DNA of 63,995 nucleotides, filler included, from Rhabdomonas costata (GCA_019059605.1; 31 parts of 31 records of this genome joined end to end with filler, not necessarily neighbours in it); one strand, 5' to 3'. Counted from the whole stretch's first letter, positions 1 through 13,120 are shown. The notes: generated from the sequence alone by a model not told the origin. Translations and numbers: made by a program.

Positions 1-1969
1 GTTTGTGGTGTGCGACAAGGCTTGTGACAATTTTTGTCTTGCCTGTGTCTTTTTCACGGAAGTAAAGGAAGGTGAATGCCCGCTCAATGTCACAACTTGT
101 GTTCTCACCCTGTGTTCTCACCCTGAGTGGGTGACTGACCTTTCTCAGTCATTATCTTAAGTTGCGACCGCTCGAGAATCCGATCTTCAAGCAACTGATA
201 TCCCCCAACAGGCACCTGCTGACCACAGGAAGTCCTGGTTGCGGTGGGGCCAAATACGCCTTTACACCTACGCCAACTCGAGTCGAGCGTAGTCCAACTC
301 GAGACCGCGATGTCGACAAATGCAGTACGGCCCAATGGACACGACGTGGAAGATTGGGTACCCGGGAAGAGATCTCTAAACGCGCCTGTCGGGGTTCCCC
401 AAAGCTCCACGTTCTATACAGGGTCGGGGGTGGTCGGATGGGGTCGCCCAACCATGCGAGAGAGCAATGAGGCCACACCGCTGAGTGGACCGACAGGGGC
501 TGAGGCCCGATGGATCCGTACCCCATGGATGGTGGTTGCCCAAGGACCTCGAGTCCTCGTGGGAAATTTATTTCGTTGTGAAATTTTCAAAGTGTTCGTG
601 CGTGTGTTACCAGAGCCAGACAGAAACTCAAAAGACAGACAACACAGGGATTGGTGAGCTGTGGCGTTCTGGCGGTTGGCCTGCTAACAAGGCGAGATTG
701 GGCAGTCATACTTGTGGAGTGCAGGGGGCAGATTAGAAGGGTCTGCAAAGACACCTGGGCAGGTCGTCCAACACAACTGGTGGAGATGGGGAAAATACCT
801 GGCTTCCTTACTCTCTCGTGACCTGGGCGCGCTGCAATGGGCCGACTATCGTTCCAGCGGCTTTCTCGCACTTTGACAATTTCGATCGTAAGTTCGTCTT
901 TCTCATCCCACTCCACATCACGATCCTTCTTGGGAAGGCAGAGCTCAAGGTAACCCTCACCAATCTTTTGATGGGCTTAACAAATGTGGTTCCCGTGCTT
1001 CAGACCTCAGAATTTGCTTCTGGCAGCGCTATGCCGACTCACTGCGTAACGTGAGTATTTAACTGCGTGGCGCTGGGGGACCGATTGCTCGTGGTGACCC
1101 CCTTGCTGGTGAAAGCAGCCCGGCAGACGGTACAGAAGGATGGTAATGACTGCACTGCCCTCACCAGTAGAGCCTGGCACACTTCCCACCTCGTCCTAAA
1201 TCTTTCGTTTAAGCTGCTTGAGCGAGTGGCTCTTGAGAACTCCCAATGCCAAAAGTTTGGTTCGGTGGTTTGCAGACCACGCTCCTCTTCGTAGAGATAA
1301 CGTTTCGCGTACCATCTGACGCACAACCAATTTGCACAACTTTGGATGAAGCACAGTGGTTTTTTTTGGTGCCGTTTACTTTTGAGAGGTTGCAGGCCTC
1401 GTCATCAGCTGACGGAGCGGCTGGGCCCACAGTTAATCCGATCCAAACTCCTTGAATATTTGCAGCGCAACCAAACCAGCTTTTTTTTTGATATATTGTC
1501 TTTTCAATATTTACTGGGTGGGGTGGGGGGCTCAAGGCTTTCCGGTGATGAATTCTTTCAAAATCTCCGTCATCAGTGTTTTAGCCTTGACCCTACGTTC
1601 TAAAAGTGAAGTACGTCTTCTGCAGATGCACGCCCGAAACATTGCTCGCGATTCAGCTGGAACAGAACTTTCCTCGTGGATGCTCTCTACCGTTTCCCGT
1701 GCACGAACTTCTAGTTCTTGTTTGGGGGTTTGTCGCACCTTGCCGGTGAACTTGCTTCACCGCTTGGACGATCCGCGCATATCGTGTCTCTCAAACCGTC
1801 AATAGACTGCTGCTTGTCTCTTATAGTTTTCATCAAAATGCGTTGGAAACCTCATTTCGACTACATTCCAATTTGTCTTCCAAAGTCTGAAAACATGGCT
1901 GAGAGGGTCTGCATCGCTTGACATTTCAGCAAGGCCAGGAACACATAAACAGAAGCCCCGCGACAACAA

Positions 1970-2069
1970 NNNNNNNNNNNNNNNNNNNNNNNNNNNNNNN
2001 NNNNNNNNNNNNNTTAATTAATTAANNNNNNNNNNNNNNNNNNNNNNNNNNNNNNNNNNNNNNNNNNNN
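1970..2069. other. Artificial contig linker (N-run, TTAATTAATTAA, N-run); first of 30, recurring about every 2068 nt up to 61930-62029
   Basis: The same 100-nt spacer with stops in all six frames separates 31 segments of about 1965-1969 nt. Confidence 0.99.
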
Positions 2070-2224
2070 TCACCCCCAGTTCCCCAGTTCGCAGAGTCAT
2101 GGTAATCTAGTGTGATCGAGTATTCCATGTTTCAGACCACTCTTCACCGAAGAATGGTCTGAAACATGGAATACTCGATCACACTAGATTACCATGACTC
2201 TGCGAACTGGGGAACTGGGGGTGA
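2070..2224. repeat. Perfect 70-bp inverted repeat with 15-nt loop at a contig start
   Basis: 2070-2139 is the exact reverse complement of 2155-2224. Confidence 0.95.
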
Positions 2225-2429
2225 CCATTCACCGCCATGCACCGGAACGCAAATTCACCATTCGGTCACCGATTTTGAATGGATTAGAAGAATTTTTCAG
2301 TTGAATCCACAAGATGCTGCAGAACAAACGAACACAAATGTCCCAAAGTGACAGAAGTGAATTTGAGAGCCAAGGCAACGAAAAGTTAGTTCCTCGACCA
2401 AGTTCAAACCATCCCTACGACCCCACCTG

Positions 2430-3954
2430 CAGCATTCCTTCCCAATTGAAGCAGCAAATTTAAACAGTTCAACGGTCTGTGAAAACAGACATAAAAACAC
2501 GGAAAACGCGGAAGTCATCGTGCACCTGTGAGCTTTGTCTTCCTCTTGCAGCAGGAGAATTTCCTGAGTCACCGTGTGACTGGTCTGAAGCTCAGAGTAG
2601 CCCACCTTGATTGTAACCACATCGTGCTGCAAGAACTCAGCCGCCAGCGAACGAACAGCTTTTGGCCACGTTGCACTGCGCGAGATGAATTCAACCAAAA
2701 GAATATGAAAAAACACAGAAAACCATACAACAGAGGCCAGATGCCCTCACACCTGAACATTAGGGTTTGCCTCTTGGTGTTGGTCATCCCCACCAACCTT
2801 CTGATGTACGGCTCAAAGCCCTGAAAAAAAAAGGAGATTTCCTTCAAAGCATCCCGCGAAAACTTCAGCAGTGTGAAAAAGCGAGATTGAGGGACACACC
2901 ATGTCCAGCATGCGGTCGGCCTGCACAAAGGGGAGTGAGAAAGATGAGCACCAGGATGGCAGTGTGAGATTAGGCAACAGCTTCAACTGCAACGGGAACC
3001 GGATACCTCATCGAGAACCAAGAAGGTCACCCGGTGCAAATTGGTGGAGTGGGCGGCAATCAGATCGCAAAGGCGCCCGGGCGTCGCGATCACAATTTCA
3101 ACACCTACCGAGTGAGGATTGTGAAATAACGAGAGAAAGAGCGACGCGAGAGCGGGCCCATGCAGCAAGGAGGTGGGATGCCTTTCTGTAACGCAGCCAT
3201 CTGAGGAGCTCGAGGAACCCCCCCGTAAAGGACGGTGTTTTGTATTCTGGAAGAGCGGCCAAACTTTGTCGTTTGCTCCTGAAACAATAACAGATTCCAG
3301 ATTCCAACTGAAAAACAAGACGAAAAATGAAAGGGAGGACTGGACAACACTTGAATCTGAATCGCAAGCTCCCGAGTTGGAGCAACGACCAGCGCAATAG
3401 GCCCATCCCCAGGCTGAAGCATAGGCTGCGCGTTGATGTGGACCACAGCAGGTAAAATATACGCCAAGGTTTTTCCTGAAGAAACCAACAAGGAGCAAGA
3501 GCAGTTGGGATTCACGCCGGCGGGAACGAGTGCTTTGATGAAACAAAACAGTCACCTGAGCCCGTTATGGCCAATGCGATGCAATCCCTCCCCATCAACG
3601 CTACTGGCCAAGTTTGAGCCTGGATGGGAGTGGGTTCCTTGAATCCTGCCTTGCGACATTCTGATAAAACGTACTCTGCAAACATGCAACAAGAATCAGA
3701 AACGGCGAAATCACTACTGCTTAAGTTCACGTAAACCCGGCCAGCTTGATATGCGCGGACATATCACCTGGAAATGAGGTCTCCTCGAACCGGAGAACAG
3801 GCTTGGGAGGCTGACAGCCAGAAACAACGATCTGATGCTGAAGCCTGTAAGCATCTACTTCGGCATCATAACGGTTCCTGGTATTTGGGCTTTCAATGTA
3901 CAAATTCTTCTCAAAGGGGACCCCTCCTAAAACGCTCTCCTTGGCGAACTTGAG
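2430..3954 (-). CDS. DBP2: DEAD-box RNA helicase, DDX5/DBP2 (p68)-like; partial, about 9 exons
   Basis: Spliced translation gives [20 protein letters not shown] motif [55 protein letters not shown] and FS|ATWP. Exons include 3768-3954, 3556-3675, 3351-3475 and 3182-3278. Confidence 0.93.
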
Positions 3955-5247
3955 CTGCAAAAAAGAATGTAGAAAACGCAAAAAAGAACAAAACGCTTCC
4001 CGACGCACAGAGGTATGACGTGCACATACCACACCACANNNNNNNNNNNNNNNNNNNNNNNNNNNNNNNNNNNNNNNNNNNNTTAATTAATTAANNNNNN
4101 NNNNNNNNNNNNNNNNNNNNNNNNNNNNNNNNNNNNNNACTTTCTCTTGCATATGATAACCTCCTGTTGCAGTGTGAACTCTTTACATGTTCAGGGGTTT
4201 AGGTACACGCGCCAGGTTGCAGCAGGCGGTTACTGTGCCAGCCCCCCCCCCCGCAGGACAGGCCAACCAGGTTAGCAGCAGAAGGTTGACTTTCAATCCT
4301 AAGGTACATTTCCCCCCGGCATACGTGTCTACCCTTTTTTAACCCTGCCTTAGTCTGCTTTGGTGACACCCGCACAGTTCTGACTCTTCCATAATGCTGC
4401 AGTGCCGTCGCTGTGTGTACGACAAAACGACACCGCTCCTCAGAAAAAGGAGCATAATCCCTATTATTTGGTCCCTAAGGTTGCACTAAATAACAATGGA
4501 ACCCATAATTTACATATAGTTAAATCTAAACTTGCCGCCTGCAGCTCAATCGCACTAATAAATGTTTTTAAAGAGAACTCGGTTTGTGAACTCAGTTTCA
4601 TGCAAAAAATGGAATTCGAAGAAGATGTCTTAAACAGAATGTCTACGAAGGACATTCACACAAAAATACCTTCATTTTCCGCTACACGGTAGGTAACCTG
4701 GAAAGTCGCGCTACAGTGACGTGCCCTTTTTGCTTTTTCAATGCAGGGAAGTCACCTCCAGTGGTGGCTGCTGAAGAGGGAAGCCCTTGTGACGCCTAGC
4801 GTGTTTGTTATGCGGTTATTATGACATTCACCAAATGTATCCCAGACGAAATCTTGGCTTGAGGTGCATTTACATCACACTCAGCTTTTGACATCACCTG
4901 CACTTCCTGCAATCAACTTTTCCAGAACATCGTTAAGTATAACGCTGCAAACCTGAGCTTGAGCACGAAACAGCCCCGAGTACGGACGGCAAACGAACTG
5001 CTTCGAATCAGGCCAGGCTTTTTCAAAAACGCTCGTAAACAACTTTCGTCAGCAGGGGCCTGCCGTCACTTTTTTGAGCAAGGACGCCCCTCAAGTTCTC
5101 GGGAACCCACGTGCTCGCACATACCATAGCATAGGTATGGATCCTTTCTCCTCTTTGAACTCATCCGTTTGTGTCCGTTCATTTTTATTTGATTTTTTAG
5201 ATTTGGGGGTTTTCTCACTGAACTCAGACGCAAAAAATGCCTTGCAG

Positions 5248-5965
5248 TCTTACTGATGGGCTTGTCAAGGTGGAAGGCACCCCCGAACAGCCTCTGCAGT
5301 GGTCACTTCCTGAGCCTCTGAAGGCCATCACCTTTCCTCCCGAGGAGCTGTCGTGGATGGCAACACTTGCAGATGGTAAGGTGACCGTGGGCCTCCGCGA
5401 TGGTACCAAGTATGACGGTGGGGTTTTGAGCTGTCCGTCTGCGAATGCCGTGCGCTTTTCTCCGGTTTATTTTCTTCCGCAAGGTTGTGAATTTTTTTGC
5501 GTGCAATCCTCGCTATTGGGAAAGTGCAGAATTTTTCCTCCGAATTTGGACAAGGCTGAGTTTGCAACACAATACTGTCGTGTTTAAGAAAGCTGTTTGG
5601 AATGTTGTGTGAAGGAATCAGGCGGTCACGTCTGCGAGAGCTAGAAGTCTAAACGAGAGGGAACCCACATTACAGCAGGAACCCGCGACTGTCGTCTTCC
5701 TTTGGGTGTTCGGGCGAGCCAGGAGAATTGAGGGACACGCCTGTTCTTCTCAATTTTTTTTTTGTGACACAGAATCACAGCGTCCGAAAAGGGGCTGCAA
5801 GAGGAACTGCTCAAAGTTCTTCAGTCTCGCGGAGAGGGGCCGTACGGTGATATGGACGGTGATGATGATGACGATGATGACGAGGAAGAGGAGGAGGAGG
5901 ACGAGGAGGAGCCGGAGGAGGAGCCTCAGCCTCCAAAGGCTAAGAAGCTGAAGAAGGCGAAATAA
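5248..5965 (+). CDS. Hypothetical protein, 3' exons, with an acidic D/E tract and a basic NLS-like tail
   Basis: Exons 5248-5417 and 5781-5965 join in frame (YD|ASEKGLQEELL...DDDDDDDEEEEEEDEEE...PPKAKKLKKAK-TAA). Upstream exons from about 4600 were not resolved. Confidence 0.65.
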
Positions 5966-7752
5966 CCACCTCCTGTCGACTTTCACTGCACAGTTGTGTC
6001 CATTTGAGTGTTAACCTCCACAGTCTTGGAAGAAGTAAGCACGCTCGTTTTACTAGTTTTTATGCCGGGCTGCTTTAGCGTTACCCAACATTAACGCCAA
6101 AACCACNNNNNNNNNNNNNNNNNNNNNNNNNNNNNNNNNNNNNNNNNNNNTTAATTAATTAANNNNNNNNNNNNNNNNNNNNNNNNNNNNNNNNNNNNNN
6201 NNNNNNGGTTGTGGTTACTGTTGCGTGTATTACAGACTTTTAAATGCAATCTGTGGTGGATGCGTACCACTTGCACAGAATTAGCAAAATTATTGATCAT
6301 GGAAGGGTAAATGCGGGCTTGTGTGGTGGGGTGCTGCGTATCGCCTTTCGGTGTGCAATGCTGTGGGGGGTCGCCTCGTCAACTTCGTGTCTGTTCCAAT
6401 GTGGGTGGGTGTGCATGTTGGCTGTTTGCAAGCTTGTCCCGACGGCTGGCCCGTGAACTTGGTGCCTGAAAATCTCAGCGGGCATGCATGGAGTGGAGCT
6501 CGTCCAGCTGGGCTCCTGCACTAATGCGAGGGGACGGGGAGCGGACCGCGGCGGGCCCATGCATGGGCCATGTTCGCGGCACGGGTTAAGCGGCTGAAAG
6601 TTGGAAAATGCTTTGAAAGAGATGAGTGCTTCCAAGGCGCGTAGAGGAGAGTTCGCCGATTAAGTTAACACAGTGGCTTTTGAGTAGATCGCAAACACCC
6701 ACACGCACGGAACAGAGCAAGGCCGTCAGCGGCACCCAACCACAGCGCAGAAAGCGGTGTGTGTCAGCTCTGCCCGCCTTCCCACCCTGCACGGGTTGTG
6801 GCGCGAAAGGTTTTTTCCACGAGCCCCGCCGGCACCACGAACGGCAGGCGGAAAAACAGCACAGAAAACCGAAGACGAAGAAGAAGCCAAGAGCTGTAAC
6901 ATCATCATCCCAAACGGCACCCATCCCTGCGCATGGGTCGAGCCACACGGGCTTGCGGTTGTTCTAAAATGGGCGCGCCTGTTCTCTAACCGCGTGTCGG
7001 GTGGCGGCGGTTAGGTCCAAAAGCACTTCCATTACCACCTTGAAGGGAATCATAGAAAACGAAACCGAAACCGAAATCGAAAAGGGTAACTAAAAACAGG
7101 CGAACGGAGGCACGCGCAGGCCACCCGTCCCGCCCCGTAATCCCAAAATAGTTAACCACGGAAAAACCTTAGGGAAAAGGGGAACGAACAAAAGATGATA
7201 GCGCGTTTTTTTGGCGACCGCATGTCACGAGATGGTGACCTTTCACTTGGACCCTCGAACACGTTTGATCTCACGGAAAATTTGGAGTCGAGTGGATAGT
7301 AAGCAAAACATGCGAACATGCATCCACATTAAATGCACAATTTTCTCAAAACTTCCCATAGAACACCATGAACGTCTTGAATGTCAGCAAATCCTGACAA
7401 CCACTTATGCTCCAGTCCAATGTGCACTCAGCACAAATTTTCGGGGGTTTTCCGCAAGTCACTCATCATCCAATGTAGTGGTGACTGAATGAAGACAAAA
7501 AGCACCTCACCAGCTATTCATATTCACAGTTGCAAAAAAGTCCAAAAGTCTTTCTCCCACAAGCGAAGGCCTGTCACAGTCTCCCATTTTCAGTTCGAAG
7601 GGCTTCGCCTGAGGCACGAAACTGGTGCGTTACCCAAGAGCTGCAAGGAAAAAACAAATGATATCGGATTTGGAGCGTACACGCTGATAAACAATGGTTG
7701 CAGGAAGCTCTACCTGGATACAAAAGGAACGCAGAATCTGCATCACGAAAAC

Positions 7753-8097
7753 TCAGGGATGACCTCTACCAAGATATCGATCCTGTAAACAAAGAAAAAA
7801 TCGTCAAATTCTCCCAAATGAAAGGAGCGATCGGGCTAGACGAGAAAAAAGAGGCGACCATTTCCTGGTCCAACTGTTCCTTCGATTTTGAATCTCGTCC
7901 ATCTCGTCTGTCAATGACAGATTGACCAAAATTAGAACTGCGGCCCACTCCGCGAGCGGGCCCTCCGCCTCTGCCACGGAGGGGCGATCCCCTGAAGGCC
8001 TGGTACCGCCTACCCGAAGGCGCAGCAGCAGCAGAGGGACCCCCAGGATGCAGGGGAAACCGTGGGGTGGGTCTCGGAGAGAAGGGTGCCCTTGGAC
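7753..8097 (-). CDS. C-terminus of an RG-rich Aly/REF- or CHTOP-like mRNA export adaptor (UAP56-binding motif)
   Basis: Exons 7859-8097 and 7753-7782 with a GT-AG intron give RGRGGGPARG...KSKEQLDQEM|DRYLGRGHP*, which matches the terminal KSxExLDxEMDxY motif. Confidence 0.7.
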
Positions 8098-8277
8098 CTG
8101 AAAAGCGCGCAGAGAAATGAGCGATACCGGGAAAAAACATTCAACGGATGCCCTTCACTTTAGCACCCCCCTCCTNNNNNNNNNNNNNNNNNNNNNNNNN
8201 NNNNNNNNNNNNNNNNNNNTTAATTAATTAANNNNNNNNNNNNNNNNNNNNNNNNNNNNNNNNNNNNNNNNNNNNTG

Positions 8278-8460
8278 ACGAAGCTGGAGTCCGTAGTCAG
8301 TGGTGAGGAGCCCGTCCGGTTCATGGAGGCGCTGAGTGGGGGCTGGAATGCTGCCGTGGTGCCGTTAGGTTCTGACCCTTCTGCTGGAACAATCTCCCCC
8401 AACCAGCCAACACCAACGCCCACCTCCACATCACTCAGATCTGAGGGGAACCGCACATGA
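8278..8460 (+). CDS. Possible terminal exon containing the end of a gelsolin-like repeat
   Basis: VVSGEEPVRFMEALSGG resembles the VxEGxEPxxFWxxLGG pattern. The opposite strand is also open, so the strand is uncertain. Confidence 0.3.
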   Translation, partial: TKLESVVSGEEPVRFMEALSGGWNAAVVPLGSDPSAGTISPNQPTPTPTSTSLRSEGNRT

Positions 8461-10128
8461 CGGCTTACGCCTGAAACCGCGGTTCACACCCCGTGTGCCA
8501 CAGAGGACTCCACCTCCCTGGCGCGCGGGCACCAACACACACTCAGCTAAACCCCATCACCTCAGATATGCCGACGCCGTTCGCGGTCGCCCATCCACAC
8601 CCCACAGCGCAATTCTCGGGGCGCAATACGCCACGCAAGAAAGCACACTGATCCCGGTTTGTGCAGATTGGCACGGCGCACACCAGCACGAATAGCGGCA
8701 CCGCGAACGCGCCCAAAAACCAAACATGTGTGCAGAACAAACAGAACAAGGACACGCCACAGAACACCGCTCCAAGGCGCCCTGTGTGTGTGTGTGGGGG
8801 GGATTTCAAGACCAAAGCGTCTTTGGGAGGGGAATTTCAAGGCTAATGATGCTCCTGGTCCGTGCCGGCTCCGCTCCTTGTGGTGTTAACAAAGTTTGTG
8901 GTTACGTTTTGTTGTCTTTGATATTCCTCGTCTTTTTCAAGCGAACAGGAACCACGTTGCAAAGCCACAAGAAAATTGGCGTTTTATCTGTGCTTTATAA
9001 ATAGGTGTAAGAGGGATTTGTTTCGGAGACCAAATAGGATATTTTGATTTTTCAGGCCCTAATCCATCACATTCTTTATGATCATTCCGACAAAAAAATC
9101 TCCGGAGTTTTCCCCAATTTTCTAACACTTTTCAGGTTTGATGCTATGTCCGGCACGGCGGCGGACAAAGGGCAAGATCGAGGACGCACAGAACCGATCC
9201 AATATGCCAATAGAGCAAAAACTACTAAACGACTAAAAACAACCAGAAAGCAATGCCAGCACCAAGATCACAAACCGCCATTCAACGGCGCAAACTGTTG
9301 CGTATGAGCCCGATTGGTCGTCAGCGCGTCCACGCGGCAAAAACCAATTCGTTGGTCCGGGTTGGTTCTGGCTTCTAGGTGCTTGGGTTAAATCCATTTC
9401 TCTCGCGTTGTTCTCGGCTCTTTTGGTTCTTTCCAGCGTCCTCTTTCGATCATTTTGAAGTGAAAAAGAAAACCAGAGAAAACAAAAACAGGAAGCGGGC
9501 ACCAGAAGCCCAGGGAAAGAAGTTAAGAAATTACCCAGAATACCACTCCAATGTCAAGCTGCACTACCAAGCACAGAACCATTTTTGAGGGCATATTCTC
9601 AATAAACTTCACCAAAACCTATCTTGTTTCCTTTCACAGCACGGTCCGCACGGCTTTTGGACTCTACAATGAAAGAATTTGGGAAAACTTCAAGCCATCC
9701 ACGTTCCATGGCAACTGGCGAACCATTTGCTATTTACTGCTCATAGATGGCCACATTTTCTTTCCGGGGCTTTTCCAGCGGGACATTTAAAAGAGCCCAG
9801 TCATGGCGGTTCCAACGCAGAGGCGGGATCACTCAGACCGCAAAGGCAAAAGATATGTGTTCCGAGCAACCGGGATGCGATAAAAATTCATACAAAATTC
9901 GGCTAAAATCTGTATCACTGTGGAAAACACGAACAATAATTCGCGCTATCACTTGTTTAGCTCTCCGGGTCGTTTTCTTTTAAGTACAGTTGGCTAACAT
10001 ACAGTGTTTCTAAGCGGAAAGGGGGTGCAAAAGGGTTCAAGTGTAATAGACCCTCTCCCAACTATTGAGGGCATTAATCATCAGAAAGTGGGCACCACTC
10101 ATGGGGTGAATAGTGATCGGTATTTAGC

Positions 10129-10244
10129 TGAGTATCAGTATCCAGTTTAGTAGAGATCATTCTTCAGTTTAGTGACTACTACTCAGCTGAATAGTAGTCA
10201 CTAGACTGAAGAATGATCTCTACTAAACTGGATGCTGATACTCA
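10129..10244. repeat. Imperfect 58-bp-arm palindrome at a contig end
   Basis: The arms differ at 3 positions, all transitions; the centre is CAGCTG. Confidence 0.92.
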
Positions 10245-11402
10245 NNNNNNNNNNNNNNNNNNNNNNNNNNNNNNNNNNNNNNNNNNNNTTAATTAATTAA
10301 NNNNNNNNNNNNNNNNNNNNNNNNNNNNNNNNNNNNNNNNNNNNGGAGGCTCACATTCCAACGGAGGAGCTGACCTCCAGAGTGGTGGTGCACCCCAGTC
10401 CACCGCCATCCTCACCGCCGCTTCCACCAGGGGCCTTGGAGACCCCTCTGGACGACTGAGCAGAACGCCGGCTGGCGTTCCTTTTGGTCACCTTCACAAG
10501 CCCTGTTGCACCGGCAAGACTGTGGGGGACCTCACTTTAAGGCTCTGGCGGCGGATTCTTATTTCCTGAAAGGATCCGACTACCCCAAATTTCAGTAATT
10601 ATTAATAACGTTCGACTGAGGTTGCCCCGGCACACCGTATCGACTTTTTGGGAACCGCGCAAAGTTTCTTGGTTTACTCCAACCGACTGAGTAGATTTTC
10701 ATCCCCCTCCGACTGCGTGGTGCTGAAAAAGCTGCCCATTTCCATTTGATCGAGAAACTTTAATTCCTTTTGAAGTTATCTCCCGATTTCCGCATTATCT
10801 TCCAAAATCGGGCCCCGATGTGGCTGCGAAATCAACCTTCCCTCAATGCAGGTTGTCTGCCAACTGCGGGAACTTTCCGTTTCTCTTGGATTGTGTTGGG
10901 TTTTGGGGATTCGTATCACCTTGTGACCTTTGCCAAACGCAACAATGATGCGGCCGATTTCCGATCTCAGTGAGGTTGCCCTCAGCTGAGCACGCGAAGA
11001 ACGCTGAATGGTGCCAGCCTCCAGTACCCATCCCCTCCCCTCCCAAGAATGATTGAGGTGGTTTTGACGGTGCTTCACACAAACTGGTTCGTGTGTGTGC
11101 CCTCGTCACCGTTAGTGAACTTCGTCAGCCACGATAGGCTTGCTGTCATCCAAACAAGCTGGAACAGATGTTTCCCTTTTCCACTTTCCCTGTGCGCCAC
11201 GATTTTGGTGAGCTCTTTGTAACTTATGGGCTATATCTGTGGCCGTTTTTTCTCCGTAAGTGGTATCCACTGTAAGGCCTGCTTTATCCCCAGAAACTAG
11301 AACCCACAAAAGTCTCGCTTTCTGGGACGCACGATGTGGGGAAGAGGCTTGTTTACATTCTTTCAGCCCAGGGGTTTTTGAGTCTTTGGTTTCGTGGTTC
11401 AG

Positions 11403-12209
11403 GGAGTGGCGGGCAGTCGGCAGGGCTTCGCCCGAGGCGCCTCTGCGGGTAGCAGCTCCTCCCTCTGCGCCCCATCGGTTGCGTCGGCATCGGCGTCCGC
11501 GTCTGCGTCTGCTTCGGCTTCAGCTTCGGCTTCGGCGGGCCTCGCTCTGGGGTCGTCTTCACAAAGCCTTGCTGAGGCCGCCACTGACATCGTTCTCAGT
11601 GAACGCGAGGCACAAACACCCAGCATCCCCCCCCCCTTCCCCTTTCCCTCTGTCGCTTCTGTGACGTCACGGGTTTTAGTGTGGTGGATCGGGGTGGAAC
11701 TCTTCTTTTTCTTCTTTTTTTCCATCAACCGAATATGGTAAGAAGCTGGAATCATGTGATCCTGTTCGGGCTTCCCACAGAACATTTGCCCCTTTTCCTC
11801 TTGCGAATCTTTCTGTAAAGCTGCGGATCCGTCCTTTTCTGCTCGCCCCCCTTTTTATTTGAAGTCCAAAATACTAGATTTTAGGATTTTGACGGGGACA
11901 ATATTTGACAGCTGTGGTCATGTGACTCGGCCCTGGTCCCACTTTTGCACCCTCAGGCAAACCCATGTCTGGCTGTGAGTTTGTGGGGTTTCACACACAT
12001 CCTCTGCGGGGGTCGGCGGGCCACATGATTTGCTGGTTGTACCTGAGCACTGTATTCCTCTTTTCTTCAATGCGGACTCCCCTCCCAGTTTTTCCGCTCC
12101 TGCTTTCCCTCCTTCATCGTCACCTCAGGTCTTTCAGGTTGCGCCCCCTCCCCCCAGCGGGAGGACAACCTCAGACCCGCTACTTGAGCAGCTGAATAGT
12201 CTGCCCACG
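11403..12209 (+). CDS. Hypothetical protein exons with a (Ser-Ala)n tract
   Basis: AG-bounded GC-rich segments read GVAGSRQG...SASASASASA...TDIVLSERE and VFQVAPPPPSG...LNSLPT|gt. The SA tract uses mixed codons. Confidence 0.45.
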
Positions 12210-13120
12210 GTGTGCTCCTCTCTTCCCAACCACATTTTCCTGTCCTACACTTCCTACGCACTAGAAACAGAGAGCATTGTTGAATAAGCAGCGAAAGAAT
12301 CGACACCCACAANNNNNNNNNNNNNNNNNNNNNNNNNNNNNNNNNNNNNNNNNNNNTTAATTAATTAANNNNNNNNNNNNNNNNNNNNNNNNNNNNNNNN
12401 NNNNNNNNNNNNAAGATTGAGATCTTTGAGTGAAGCGGACAAGATGGTCCCCCACCCTACGGGTTTCCCAGGTCCACAAATGTCCACTCAAAACCCCAAA
12501 TCCCAATACCGTACTTTCGCCGTCACAATAGTTACGCCAACTGAAGACATGCGCTGGTCTAGAACTCTGGTTTCAATGGAAACTCGTTGGAGTTGCGGAG
12601 GACCTGAGAGGATGTCGGTTCGACTTCCGGATCCCCCCATTTGTTCTCGCTTTGTGTGTCCGCTTGAGAGCAACTACCATAGAAAACGTCGTGCAGGCCA
12701 ACTACCCCGGTTCACGCTGCATTAGCAAGGGTCAATCACCTAATCGCACAGTACTGTGCCCCCGGAAGTCCGCAGTGCATGTGGGAAGCAGGCGCAATAC
12801 CAGAGGTGCTCTCTCCTTCTGCCGCAGAACAGCAGCGGAGCAACCCCAGCTCCATCAACAAAAAGGTCAAGCCCCAAGGGACAAGACGCAAGGATCCAGC
12901 ACTCATTAATGTTGCCAAAATCAAGAAAAGCACGTGAAGGAGGGACTGCAGAGACAGTGTGAAGGTCTCCATGAAACGCCTAGGCTGGCGTTTCATTGGA
13001 AAGTGACCACACTCAGGTCAAGGGATGGAAAAGAAGGTCGTGTGACTTCAGCTGTGGTGCTCCCTCTAAGGACATGGAGGAGGGATGCATCATGGAGTGT
13101 ACATGTTCAGCAAAATGGTG

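Noticed and set aside
800..1969. UGA reassignment in the nuclear genetic code
   Set aside because: Conserved genes have no in-frame stops, use TGG for Trp, and end in TGA (V-ATPase a, Aly-like) or TAA (REX1-like). TGA-broken frames occur only in apparently decayed regions.
4192..4347. hAT-like MITE with CAGGG...CCCTG ends
   Set aside because: The inverted repeats align poorly and there is no 8-bp target-site duplication.
12570..12640. tRNA suggested by GGTTCGACTTCC
   Set aside because: No acceptor, D or anticodon stems fold around it.
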